Below are positions 36,048 through 45,063 of a stretch of DNA of 64,000 nt, piece by piece. How positions within the stretch are numbered: the stretch's first letter is position 1; every line of letters starts with the position of its first letter. The stretch is taken from contig JAFXIQ010000041.1 in NCBI GenBank assembly GCA_017533005.1, forward strand, positions 440-64,439, written 5' to 3'. Origin of the DNA: Clostridia bacterium (GTDB lineage: Bacteria; Bacillota; Clostridia; Christensenellales; DTU072). Position numbers and translations under genes: made by a program. The notes beneath the pieces were generated by a model. The model was not told the DNA's origin. It made no database searches and was given only the letters and a program-made list of their open reading frames with translations.

Positions 36048-38177
36048 ATGAAAAGCATAAAATTTATATTCGGAGCTATAATATGCATAATTTGCGCTTT
36101 AACTGCAGTGGCCTGCAGTAGTGAAGTGAATAAATTATATTTCATGGAATCTGAATTAAGTATGTATCTCGACGAAAACAGCACCGTTATGCCAAAGGTT
36201 ATGACTAGACCTGAAGGTGCTGATTATACGCTAACTTCTTCAAACCCCACCATCGTAAAAGTAAATAGTGATAACAAGACTTTAACGGCTATGAAAAAAG
36301 GTATAGCGACCATTACTGCGACTGCGGGCGAATTGACTGCTACCTTGAAAGTTCTTGTATACGAAAGTAAAGCTTCTCCTAATATCCCCACGGAAAACGA
36401 CGGTAAAGTCGTTGTATATTTTAATACGGAATACGGTAGTTTTATCGACCAACGCATAGTCCCCGGGGAACTCGCAGTTAAACCTGAAGCAATTCTTCGT
36501 CCCGGATACACGCTATTCGGTTGGTATAAAGACTCGGAATTCCGTGAAGCTTTCGATTTTTCAACACCAATTACCGAAAGTATAAACTTGTACGCGTTAT
36601 GGGCGTTAGATGAACCTAGCTATGTAATAGAGAACATCGATGGAGTTTATACAGTAACGGGATTTGAGCATACTTATATTCCTTATGAAAATATCACTCT
36701 ACCAACAACGGATAGCAAAGGTAACGTTATAACTGCGATTGCAGAAACGGCTTTCTCAGAAAACGACAGCATTAAATCCGTTATTATTCCTAATAATTAT
36801 ACGGAAATTCCCGATTTTCTATTCAGTAGTTGTTCCGCACTAACTAGCGTAACCATTCAAGGCGATATAACCCATATTGGCAGAAGCGCGTTTGAAGACT
36901 GCAAAAAATTAGAAAGCGTTATCATACAAAGCCAAGTTATTAAGTCTATAGGCGCTAATGCTTTTGACAGTTGCGTATCACTCAAAACGATAAATCTACC
37001 TAACAGTATAGATAGTATCGGTCAACGCGCTTTCTATGAATGTGATGCCTTAACTACTATTACGCTTCCCACGTCACTAGAATTACTCCAAATGGAAACT
37101 TTTGCAGGAAGTGGTATTACGGCTATCGACCTAACGTACATCAAACAAATGAACAACCAAGTATTTTGGGACTGTGATGACCTTGAAACAGTTACAGGCG
37201 CAAACAATTTAGAATACGTTGGTAGCTACGTTTTTGGCAGTCTTATTCAACAATATCAAGCTTATGCTACCAAATGGTTAGTAAACAATATTCCTTTTGG
37301 TTCTTCAAAAGACGAGCTTGTTACGTTAGGTAACGTTGCAATATATGCTTTTGCACGCTCGGTTAAGCCTGAATTTACGGTAAAAGGTAATATTACGCAT
37401 ATAGCGGCAGAATGTTTTGCCGACGTCGGGAATGCAATAGTTAGATTTACAGGAACTCTACCCCCTACCCGTGGCAATTACTGTTTTGGAAGAGCGCCTG
37501 AAACAGAACTCCCTATCGTAGATATCGTCGTTCCACGCGCTTATTACAGAACTTACATTGAGAGTTGGCTAACGTTCGGTGCACCCGAAGATAACAACGG
37601 TTACAAACCACTCACTAGCTACTCGAATGCAATCGCAAATAATTTATATTATCCATACAATATAAACACGGATAGCTCGCTAGAAATATTTATAAACGAG
37701 CCTATAAATTATTCACAAATAACCGAAACGTTGACTTACTCTACCGACTGCAAGATTATTATTAACTCTTACGACGGCGTGCAAGAAACGGTTGACGTTA
37801 AATCGGCTATCGAAGATTACGTAAAAGACGCTCATTATACATCCTACGTAATTAGCAAAATAAAAGCATTTGCTTTCAATACGGAAAACCCCTCTAAAAA
37901 CCTAGTTACGCTCATTCTTCCTAACAATATTAAATTGATAGAAGAAAAAGCTATTTCGAATTTAAGCAAATGTAAAGCTATCTGCATTATTGGTAGCGAC
38001 GATTGGAATCCTCGTGATACCATCGTTACTAAACATTCTATAAGCACGTCACTTATGCCTGTTGGTTTTACGATTTACGTCAACGACAACTTGCTCTCTA
38101 GCTATCGCACTCAATGGCAAAACTACCCCGCTATGCGCGACAGCTTAAAAGCCTATTCCCAAAAATCTCAAGGATAA
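36048..38177 (+). CDS. Surface lipoprotein with Big_2-like domain, Listeria-Bacteroides repeat and BspA-type leucine-rich repeats
   Basis: 709 aa. Lipobox LTAVACSS and a Big_2-like segment LTSSNPTIVKVNSDNKTLTAMKKGIATITATAG. The Flg_new-like segment is VVVYFNTEYG...GYTLFGWYKD...INLYALW. Repeated ..I..IG..AF..C..L..I.LP units follow. Confidence 0.85.
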   Translation: MKSIKFIFGAIICIICALTAVACSSEVNKLYFMESELSMYLDENSTVMPKVMTRPEGADYTLTSSNPTIVKVNSDNKTLTAMKKGIATITATAGELTATLKVLVYESKASPNIPTENDGKVVVYFNTEYGSFIDQRIVPGELAVKPEAILRPGYTLFGWYKDSEFREAFDFSTPITESINLYALWALDEPSYVIENIDGVYTVTGFEHTYIPYENITLPTTDSKGNVITAIAETAFSENDSIKSVIIPNNYTEIPDFLFSSCSALTSVTIQGDITHIGRSAFEDCKKLESVIIQSQVIKSIGANAFDSCVSLKTINLPNSIDSIGQRAFYECDALTTITLPTSLELLQMETFAGSGITAIDLTYIKQMNNQVFWDCDDLETVTGANNLEYVGSYVFGSLIQQYQAYATKWLVNNIPFGSSKDELVTLGNVAIYAFARSVKPEFTVKGNITHIAAECFADVGNAIVRFTGTLPPTRGNYCFGRAPETELPIVDIVVPRAYYRTYIESWLTFGAPEDNNGYKPLTSYSNAIANNLYYPYNINTDSSLEIFINEPINYSQITETLTYSTDCKIIINSYDGVQETVDVKSAIEDYVKDAHYTSYVISKIKAFAFNTENPSKNLVTLILPNNIKLIEEKAISNLSKCKAICIIGSDDWNPRDTIVTKHSISTSLMPVGFTIYVNDNLLSSYRTQWQNYPAMRDSLKAYSQKSQG

Positions 38178-38181
38178 AGCT

Positions 38182-38877
38182 ATGGATTTTTCTCGTACTT
38201 ACGCCCTACTCGGCCCCGACTCAAAAGCTAAACTCTCATCTGCACGCGTTGCAGTTTTTGGTATAGGCGGAGTTGGCGGACATCTTGCTGAAGCACTCGT
38301 TAGAAGTGGTATCGGACATATCGATTTAATAGATGGGGATATAGTATCGGAAAGCAATATAAATCGACAAATAGTCGCCTTAAAATCAACAATTGGTCGC
38401 CCAAAAGTCGAAGTTATGAAAAAAAGACTGCTCGACATAAATCCCGATTGCAAGGTAACTACTAGATATGATTTTTACACTCTAGACAATAAAGACACCT
38501 TCGATTTATCTAACTATGATTACATCGCTGATGCTATTGATAGTGTGAGTGCAAAGATAGATATTATAGTACGCGCAAAGGCTCTCAACGTAAATATAAT
38601 TTCTGCAATGGGTGCAGGCAACAAATTAGACCCTACTAAATTTAAGGTCGCTGATATCGCAAAAACTTCGGTTTGCCCTCTTGCTAGAGTTATGCGAAAA
38701 GAACTACGTGCACGTGGTGTAAATCACTTAAAGGTGGTTTACACCGAAGAGCAAGATAAAGGCGCTAACCTTGCTGAAGGAAACGCGCGTCGCGCCGTCC
38801 CCGGTAGCGTATCATTCGTTCCCTCGGTTATGGGGCTAATTATGGCTGGCGAAATTGTCAAGGATATAGTTAAATGA
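38182..38877 (+). CDS. tcdA: tRNA threonylcarbamoyladenosine dehydratase (ThiF/E1-like)
   Basis: 231 aa. VAVFGIGGVGGHLAEALVRSGIGHIDLIDGD...NINRQ. Confidence 0.85.
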   Translation: MDFSRTYALLGPDSKAKLSSARVAVFGIGGVGGHLAEALVRSGIGHIDLIDGDIVSESNINRQIVALKSTIGRPKVEVMKKRLLDINPDCKVTTRYDFYTLDNKDTFDLSNYDYIADAIDSVSAKIDIIVRAKALNVNIISAMGAGNKLDPTKFKVADIAKTSVCPLARVMRKELRARGVNHLKVVYTEEQDKGANLAEGNARRAVPGSVSFVPSVMGLIMAGEIVKDIVK

Positions 38878-39533
38878 AAAAAGTTATATTATTCGATTTA
38901 GACGGCACCTTGGTAGATACCTTACCAGATTTAGCGGGTGCCTTAAATTACGCCCTTCGCGCTGTAAATAAGCCTGAAAAGACGCTTAAAGAAGTGCAAA
39001 GTTACGTTGGCGACGGGGTTATCAGTCTAGTCCGCCGTGCGCTCGAAAGTGAGCACCCTACCGACGAACTTCTAGCGCGTGCTCTTGCGGAATTTCGTAG
39101 CTATTATGAAGACCACGCCGTGTATCTATCTCGCCCATACGATGGAATTTTCGAGCTTATAAGCGCGCTAAAGGATAAAGGCTACATTCTCGGTTGCGTA
39201 TCGAATAAATACGATAAAATGGCAAATTTCATCGTTAATCATTACTTCCCGAACGATTTTTCTTATACGTTAGGAAGAATTGAAGGCGTTCCACTAAAGC
39301 CTGCTCCCGATATGTTATATATCGCGATCGAAAAGCTCGGTGTAACCAAAGAAGAAGCGCTATTTATCGGGGATTCTGATGTCGACTACTTCACCTATCG
39401 TGATATGGATATGGATGGTATTAGCTGTAGTTATGGCTTCCGAGCTAAGAATATTTTAATTGAGTTAGGCGCAAAATTTATTGCAGATTCTCCACTCCAA
39501 ATACTCGAAATTATTGAGAAAAACTTCGCTTAA
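38874..39533 (+). CDS. HAD-superfamily phosphatase (phosphoglycolate phosphatase-like)
   Basis: 219 aa. Motif I FDLDGTLVDT, motif II SNK, motif III GDSDVD. ATGA overlap with tcdA. Confidence 0.85.
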   Translation: MKKVILFDLDGTLVDTLPDLAGALNYALRAVNKPEKTLKEVQSYVGDGVISLVRRALESEHPTDELLARALAEFRSYYEDHAVYLSRPYDGIFELISALKDKGYILGCVSNKYDKMANFIVNHYFPNDFSYTLGRIEGVPLKPAPDMLYIAIEKLGVTKEEALFIGDSDVDYFTYRDMDMDGISCSYGFRAKNILIELGAKFIADSPLQILEIIEKNFA

Positions 39534-39599
39534 TCTTACTCACTAGATTTTCACAAAAATTTCATTGTGATATCTAGTGATTTTCATATTGACTTGGTA

Positions 39600-39781
39600 A
39601 GATATAATCAACCTAAAGAAAGGTTTCCCGCAAGGGAAATTCGCTTGCCGGTCATAGACCGTAACCGTTAACAAAATTCTTGTGTAAGTTAACCAAAATT
39701 ATTAAATTCTTAAAAATTTCTCAATCCCTCCTCCACAATAACAAGTGATATAGGCACCAGCAAGCGGGTGCCTAATTTCTT
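39600..39781 (+). ncRNA. Candidate orphan structured RNA / long 3' UTR (unclassified)
   Basis: No ATG on the plus strand across 39534-39830. Hairpins are TTTCCC-GCAA-GGGAAA (39624-39639) and CGGTC-ATA-GACCG (39649-39661). A single-stranded-looking CCCTCCTCC lies at 39726-39734. A terminator-like stem AGGCACC/GGTGCCT (39752-39773) is followed by AATTTCTT. No convincing promoter was found. Confidence 0.25.
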
Positions 39782-39799
39782 ATATTCACGGTTTATAAT

Positions 39800-39822
39800 A
39801 AAAAAGCTCGCTTTCGCGAGCC
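39800..39822 (-). terminator. Rho-independent terminator after the histidine kinase
   Basis: Stem GCTCGC pairs with GCGAGC, loop TTTC. UUUUUU follows on the minus strand. Confidence 0.7.
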
Positions 39823-39837
39823 TTTATCAACTTATTG

Positions 39838-41331
39838 TTAATTAATTTTGGGTAGTTCTACGTAGAACGTGGAGCCTTCCCCTTTAGAAGTTATAACGCC
39901 GTAAATTCCACCTGGGTGCATATTCATAACGGATTTTACTATGGATAACCCCAGCCCCGTGCCTACAGATGCACGCCTATGCGACTTCTCCGATTTGTAA
40001 TATCTATCCCAAATATGTGGAAGAACGTCTACGTCGATGCCTTCTCCGTTATCTATAACTTCTATCCTTATATTTTCACCGTGAGTATATTCCTTTACTA
40101 TAACCTTTTTATCTTCGCCTGCATAGTTTACAGTATTGTTTATTAAGTTATACACTACTTGCGTAAATTGCGTTTCATCGGCGTAAACTTTGCCGGTTTC
40201 TTCGTGCTCCCATATCAATTCATAACCGTGAGCTTTTATCAACTTGCCGTGGGTGATAATTAACTTGTCAAGGCTTTCAACGACGTCGTATTCCTTAAGG
40301 TCAAGCTTGTCGCCACCTTCTTGAAGCTTGGATAAATTAAGCATTTCATTAACAAGGTCGGTCAAACGCGTGGCTTCGTCAATAACCACTTGCAAGTTCT
40401 CAGGCGTGGCTTCACTCGGAATGTCCTTCATCATTTCACTGTAGCCTTTTATAAGCGTGAGTGGAGTTCGTAAGTCGTGAGAAACGTTAGCAATAAGCTC
40501 TTTTCTATAATAATCTAGCGCTGAAATTTCTTTACTTGCATAGTTAAGAGTTTCTTTTAGTTCTTCTATTTCTCTATATCCACCACCGGAAAACTCTACG
40601 TTGGGGGCGCCTTTAGCGAGCTCTTTTGCGGATACGTTAAGTGCGATTATCGGTTCAGCTACTATTCTACTTGATATTTGCGTAAACACAATTACCATAA
40701 TCATCAATATAAACGTCAAAATAGTTAGCTGTGTAAGCAACGTATTCGTCGTAGCTTTTATAGGCGTTATAGGTGCATCGGCAATAACTGCATAGTTCAT
40801 TCCGTCTGCGCCTTGCGCTGTTTCTACATAAATTAACGATTTAATAATGGTATTTTTATCGCTAGGAGCTTTTCCCTCGTAATTATCTTCATCATAAGCG
40901 TCGTCAAGCCCTTGGAACTCAACGGTATCGGTATATTTACCGTCGTTTTTCATAGCTTTTTCATAATAATCTGCAAGGCTTGCTTGTGAAATAATATGGA
41001 TATTACTATCTAAAGAACGTTGTTTTTCATAAATAATCGTGCCGTTTTCGTCAATAAGCATAATATTAACTTCGTTCTCGTATGCAACATGGTCGATGAG
41101 CATATTTCTATCAATATGGTCGATGTTGTCTACTACCGAGCCTACTACGGTTTTTATTTCCGACGTCTTGATTGCGCTATAAAATCCATCTAAAAACGCA
41201 AGCTGAAATACCCACAAAACAAGAAGTATCATCACCGAAAATCCGATGATGATAATTAAAAGTTTGTTTCTTATCGAAAGATTGTTCGAAGAAAATCTTT
41301 TCTCTTGTTTCTCTGTCGTATTACGCTTCAA
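39838..41331 (-). CDS. Sensor histidine kinase (two TM, HAMP, HisKA, HATPase_c)
   Basis: 497 aa. H-box ANVSHDLRTPLT, N-box YNLINNTVNY, G-boxes DNGEGI and GTGLGLSIV. Confidence 0.9.
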   Translation of the reverse strand: MKRNTTEKQEKRFSSNNLSIRNKLLIIIIGFSVMILLVLWVFQLAFLDGFYSAIKTSEIKTVVGSVVDNIDHIDRNMLIDHVAYENEVNIMLIDENGTIIYEKQRSLDSNIHIISQASLADYYEKAMKNDGKYTDTVEFQGLDDAYDEDNYEGKAPSDKNTIIKSLIYVETAQGADGMNYAVIADAPITPIKATTNTLLTQLTILTFILMIMVIVFTQISSRIVAEPIIALNVSAKELAKGAPNVEFSGGGYREIEELKETLNYASKEISALDYYRKELIANVSHDLRTPLTLIKGYSEMMKDIPSEATPENLQVVIDEATRLTDLVNEMLNLSKLQEGGDKLDLKEYDVVESLDKLIITHGKLIKAHGYELIWEHEETGKVYADETQFTQVVYNLINNTVNYAGEDKKVIVKEYTHGENIRIEVIDNGEGIDVDVLPHIWDRYYKSEKSHRRASVGTGLGLSIVKSVMNMHPGGIYGVITSKGEGSTFYVELPKIN

Positions 41332-41986
41332 AGCGATATCCCATTCCTCTCAAAGTTACTATATACTCACTGCATACGCCTAATGATTTGCGTAGTAGTT
41401 TGATATGAGTGTCTAACGTTCTGTCATCGCCGTAAAAATCATAACCCCATACTTCGTTTAAAAGCTTTTCTCTAGATAACGCGATACCTTTATTTTTTAC
41501 CATAAAGAACAATAAATCGTATTCTTTAGGCGATAAATCTACTCTTTCTCCGTCAACGTATACTATTCTTGCAGTAAAATCGACCTTCAATTTCCCACTC
41601 TCGAAAATTTCACTCTTAACGCCGTTTCCTGCTCTAGACATAACGGCTCTTATGCGTAGCATAAGCTCTTTAGGTGAAAACGGCTTGGTAATATAGTCGT
41701 CGATACCGATTTCAAATCCGTTAATACGGTCGTAAGTTTCCGTACGAGCAGAAAGCATTATGATAGGAATTGAAGAAAACTTCCTAATTTCCCTTACTGC
41801 GGAAAAACCGTCAAGCTCCGGCATCATAACGTCCATTATGACGATATCTACGCCACCTGCTTTAACTTTTGAAATAGCCTCTAGTCCGTCCTCTGCCTCT
41901 AGCGTAGAGAAACCTTCTAGCGCACAATATTTTTTAACGACTTCGCGAATACCTACTTCATCGTCTACTATTAAAACTTTATACAT
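41321..41986 (-). CDS. OmpR-family response regulator
   Basis: 221 aa. Receiver domain (IVDDE, IVIMDVMMPELDG, K at ITKPF) plus a winged-helix C-terminus (LTPKEYDLL-like SPKEYDLLFF, GMGYRF). Confidence 0.92.
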   Translation of the reverse strand: MYKVLIVDDEVGIREVVKKYCALEGFSTLEAEDGLEAISKVKAGGVDIVIMDVMMPELDGFSAVREIRKFSSIPIIMLSARTETYDRINGFEIGIDDYITKPFSPKELMLRIRAVMSRAGNGVKSEIFESGKLKVDFTARIVYVDGERVDLSPKEYDLLFFMVKNKGIALSREKLLNEVWGYDFYGDDRTLDTHIKLLRKSLGVCSEYIVTLRGMGYRFEA

Positions 41987-41996
41987 AATTCTTCTC

Positions 41997-43166
41997 CTAG
42001 TCGCAATCCGTTCTTTGTGTTAACGTGAGATGTATGGTGTAATCTGCTCCACTTCTTCTAACCACGATTACTACGGTTTCGCCCGCAGTACAAGAATTGA
42101 GCACTCTTTCCCATTGTTCTTTTTTGGTAACAACTTCGCCGTTAACCGACATAATGTAATCGTTTGACGAGAACAAATTCTTGCCTGTGTTGTCTTTGGT
42201 TACATATAAACCCGTATTTTGTCTTAATCCAAATGCCGAAGTAACTTCTATAAGCTCAACGCACTCGGTATTAACTCTACCTTCTACGTATCCGTCTTGA
42301 ATTAAATCTTCACAAATGCCCCACGCACGATTTATTGGAATTGCAAAGCCTATTCCTTCTACGTCACTAGCAGAAGCTTTTGCGTTTACTATACCAACAA
42401 GCGCGCCATACATATTGAACAAACCGCCACCGGAATTACCGGGATTGACGGAAGCATCAATTTGTATAAGCTCCATTTTTTGACCTTCTACGACCACGTT
42501 TCTGTCTAATCCAGATACGCAACCTTTGGTAACACTACCACCTAGACTGCCTAAAGGATTTCCTATTGCAACGATGTCGTCACCTTGTAAAAGCTTATCG
42601 GAGTCGCCTATTGCCACCGAATTATTCGTTACTGCATTGATTTTTAGTATGGCTAAATCGCTGACTTTATCACCACGAATCCAACTTGCTTTATGGGTAG
42701 AGCCATCGTAAAGCGTAACTGTTACGTTCTCGGGAGCAACGCCGTCTATAACGTGATAGTTGGTGATTATCGTACCATCGTTAGAAACAACCACGCCACT
42801 GCCCGCACCCGATTGCACGTAATTATTGCCAAACGGACCATAACTAACGGTATTCGTGGTTATTTCTACTACGCTTTGCTTGGCAACGGCTACGACTTGT
42901 GAAGTCGTCATACTCTCACCGGGTTTTACGATAGGTTCTATTCTCTCGTTATTGTCTTTATAAACGATGGTTGACGTTTGGGTTTCTCTTTGTTTTTTTA
43001 CGTTGTTAACTGCAATACGCGCACCGAGTAATCCACATCCCACCATAAGCCCTAATGAAATCACGACAACAAAGACCACAAGTAATGGGGATACTTTGGT
43101 CTTAACAGGGACTCCATAGCGTGGCACGCTAGAACGCACTTCATATGAGTACTTGTTACTATACAT
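41997..43166 (-). CDS. htrA: HtrA/DegP-family serine protease with N-terminal TM anchor and PDZ domain
   Basis: 389 aa. Catalytic-triad context TNYHVI, DLAILKI, GNSGGGLFN. Confidence 0.9.
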   Translation of the reverse strand: MYSNKYSYEVRSSVPRYGVPVKTKVSPLLVVFVVVISLGLMVGCGLLGARIAVNNVKKQRETQTSTIVYKDNNERIEPIVKPGESMTTSQVVAVAKQSVVEITTNTVSYGPFGNNYVQSGAGSGVVVSNDGTIITNYHVIDGVAPENVTVTLYDGSTHKASWIRGDKVSDLAILKINAVTNNSVAIGDSDKLLQGDDIVAIGNPLGSLGGSVTKGCVSGLDRNVVVEGQKMELIQIDASVNPGNSGGGLFNMYGALVGIVNAKASASDVEGIGFAIPINRAWGICEDLIQDGYVEGRVNTECVELIEVTSAFGLRQNTGLYVTKDNTGKNLFSSNDYIMSVNGEVVTKKEQWERVLNSCTAGETVVIVVRRSGADYTIHLTLTQRTDCD

Positions 43167-43319
43167 AGATAGACGTCTCCAAGTTTAAACTTAACTTCAT
43201 AATATATCTTATAACTTAATTATGACAATATTATGAAGACGAAGTGAAATATTATGGGATAGTTCACACTCGCATAGTGCTATGCGAGTGTGTTAAGTTT
43301 TGCGTATTAAAAACAGTTT

Positions 43320-43856
43320 TTATCTGCCAGGTAGGAATTTTTTATTGTAATCTTCTATTGCGCGTGTAATCGTTGCTTTTGCAACTTCTGCATTTTCAAC
43401 CTTTAGTACGGCAGTAGTTTTTCCTTCCAAAGACTTATAAACCGTAAAGAAGTGACAAATTTCACTCATAATGTGTGAAGGTAGTTCACTAATATCTTTG
43501 TATTCGTACCAGCTTGGTTCCTTGAAAGGTATTGCGATAATTTTGCTGTCTTCAAATCCATCGTCTATCATCGTTACCATACCGATAGGATAGCAACGGC
43601 AAAGTGCTAATGGATTGATGACTTCGCTGGATAGTACTAGAACGTCTAATGGGTCGTTGTCTTCCGCAAACGTACGTGGAATAAAGCCATAGTTTGCAGG
43701 ATAGTGTGTAGACGTGTATAAAACTCTATCTAGAATAAGCAACCCCGTTTGCTTGTCGAGTTCGTATTTGTTTTTACTTCCCTTTGGAATTTCTACAACT
43801 GCCAAAAAGTCTTCAGGGGATATTCTATTCGCACTAACGTCATGCCAAATATTCAT
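43320..43856 (-). CDS. ppa: Inorganic pyrophosphatase (family I)
   Basis: 178 aa. EIPKGSKNKYE, YPANYGFIP, DNDPLDVLV. Confidence 0.93.
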   Translation of the reverse strand: MNIWHDVSANRISPEDFLAVVEIPKGSKNKYELDKQTGLLILDRVLYTSTHYPANYGFIPRTFAEDNDPLDVLVLSSEVINPLALCRCYPIGMVTMIDDGFEDSKIIAIPFKEPSWYEYKDISELPSHIMSEICHFFTVYKSLEGKTTAVLKVENAEVAKATITRAIEDYNKKFLPGR

Positions 43857-43874
43857 AGCTTTTCTCCTTTTATA

Positions 43875-44459
43875 TTATTCTTTTTTGAGTAAATCACGAA
43901 TTTCTTTTAAAAGTTCGGTTACGTCTTCTTTATTTTCTTCTTCTACAGGAGCTACTTCTTCAGGAGCGGGTTCGGTTGCAACCACTTCTTCAACTTCTTC
44001 TTTAGCTTCTTCTTTTAAGTCTTCTTCGCCGTCGATTTTGTCAATTAGTTCAGCTGCCTTACTTTTTGCTTCTTCGCCTATCTTTCTTGCCGAGTTAAGT
44101 AGTTTAACGATAAGGAAAACAACGAATGCAATGATTATAAAGTCGATAATTGCTTGTATTACAATTCCGTATTGGAATGCGACTTCGGCTTCTAGTAGTA
44201 TGCCTTCTGCATCGTAAACGGCTTCTTCTATAACCCACTTCCAATCAGAAACGTCTGCGCCACCAGTGATTACGCTAATCAAGGGCATAATCAATCCGGA
44301 TACTAAACTGTTGACGATTTTCGTGAAAGCAGTACCGATTACAACACCTACTGCTAGGTCAATTGCGTTACCTTTGTTTGCGAACGCTTTGAATTCTTCG
44401 AAGAACTTTTTAGTTCTTTTGCCAGCTTTTTTTGCTCCATCTTTGAGAGTTTTTTTCAT
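43875..44459 (-). CDS. mscL: Large-conductance mechanosensitive channel with extended acidic C-terminal tail
   Basis: 194 aa. FKAFANKGNAIDLAVGVVIGTAF core. The last ~60 aa are E/K-rich, making it longer than typical MscL. Confidence 0.88.
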   Translation of the reverse strand: MKKTLKDGAKKAGKRTKKFFEEFKAFANKGNAIDLAVGVVIGTAFTKIVNSLVSGLIMPLISVITGGADVSDWKWVIEEAVYDAEGILLEAEVAFQYGIVIQAIIDFIIIAFVVFLIVKLLNSARKIGEEAKSKAAELIDKIDGEEDLKEEAKEEVEEVVATEPAPEEVAPVEEENKEDVTELLKEIRDLLKKE

Positions 44460-44481
44460 TTTTGTTCTCCTATATGTAGAT

Positions 44482-45063
44482 TTAATTTCTTGTTTCGTCT
44501 AAATAAGATGCCATTAAGTCGGCTACTTGCATCATTACCACCAATGGGAATTTTTCTTGCGCCGAGGCAATCGTGTGGCTACCACCTTGAACGCGCTCAT
44601 CATAGCCACCCATATGCCAATTTATTGCCATAGCTTCTTCTCGTGTTAAACGGATGAAGCCGTTTATTATATAAACCGACTTCTCTCCGTGCCCATAAGG
44701 CAACGTGTCGTTAATCGTATAATATGGAACTTTTTCCCAACTTCCGTCAGGTTGCTTAACGTTTTTATAGTCAACGGTGTAGAAATCCGCCTTGCAAACA
44801 TCGTGCAAAAGTCCACATATCGCAATACTTTCTTGCGAAACGTTTTTTGCCCATTCCGACTTCTCGTTCTCGATAAGCTCTTTAAGTCTATAATAAACGT
44901 TAAGGCTGTGTTGGACAAGTCCCGCGGGACACGCTAAATGGAACTTTGTACTAGCAGGAGCTGTAAAGAAGTCGGTTTTTTTGAGATATTCGAGCATTTT
45001 ATCCGCACCTGGGCGCTTAATTTCTCTCTCGAAAATTTCTATGAATTGTTCTTGATAACTCAT
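44482..45063 (-). CDS. HD-domain hydrolase
   Basis: 193 aa with H...HD metal motif (FHLACPAG..., LLHDVCK). ATGA overlap with the upstream ORF. Confidence 0.7.
   Translation of the reverse strand: MSYQEQFIEIFEREIKRPGADKMLEYLKKTDFFTAPASTKFHLACPAGLVQHSLNVYYRLKELIENEKSEWAKNVSQESIAICGLLHDVCKADFYTVDYKNVKQPDGSWEKVPYYTINDTLPYGHGEKSVYIINGFIRLTREEAMAINWHMGGYDERVQGGSHTIASAQEKFPLVVMMQVADLMASYLDETRN

Noticed and set aside
39589-39608. TTGACT and TATAAT boxes that look like a promoter for the orphan RNA
   Set aside because: The boxes are separated by only 8 nt, which is incompatible with sigma-A spacing. I therefore do not call a promoter here.
43714-44217. 167-aa Ser-rich plus-strand ORF, and similar long antisense ORFs (22804-23256, 25138-25611, 35206-35610, 52216-52770, 52830-53186, 55643-56026)
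   Set aside because: All lie entirely antisense within well-supported genes (mscL/ppa, truA, ecfA1, SBP, ATPase/DUF1538, dhaK). They have biased low-complexity composition and lack SDs, so they are shadow ORFs.
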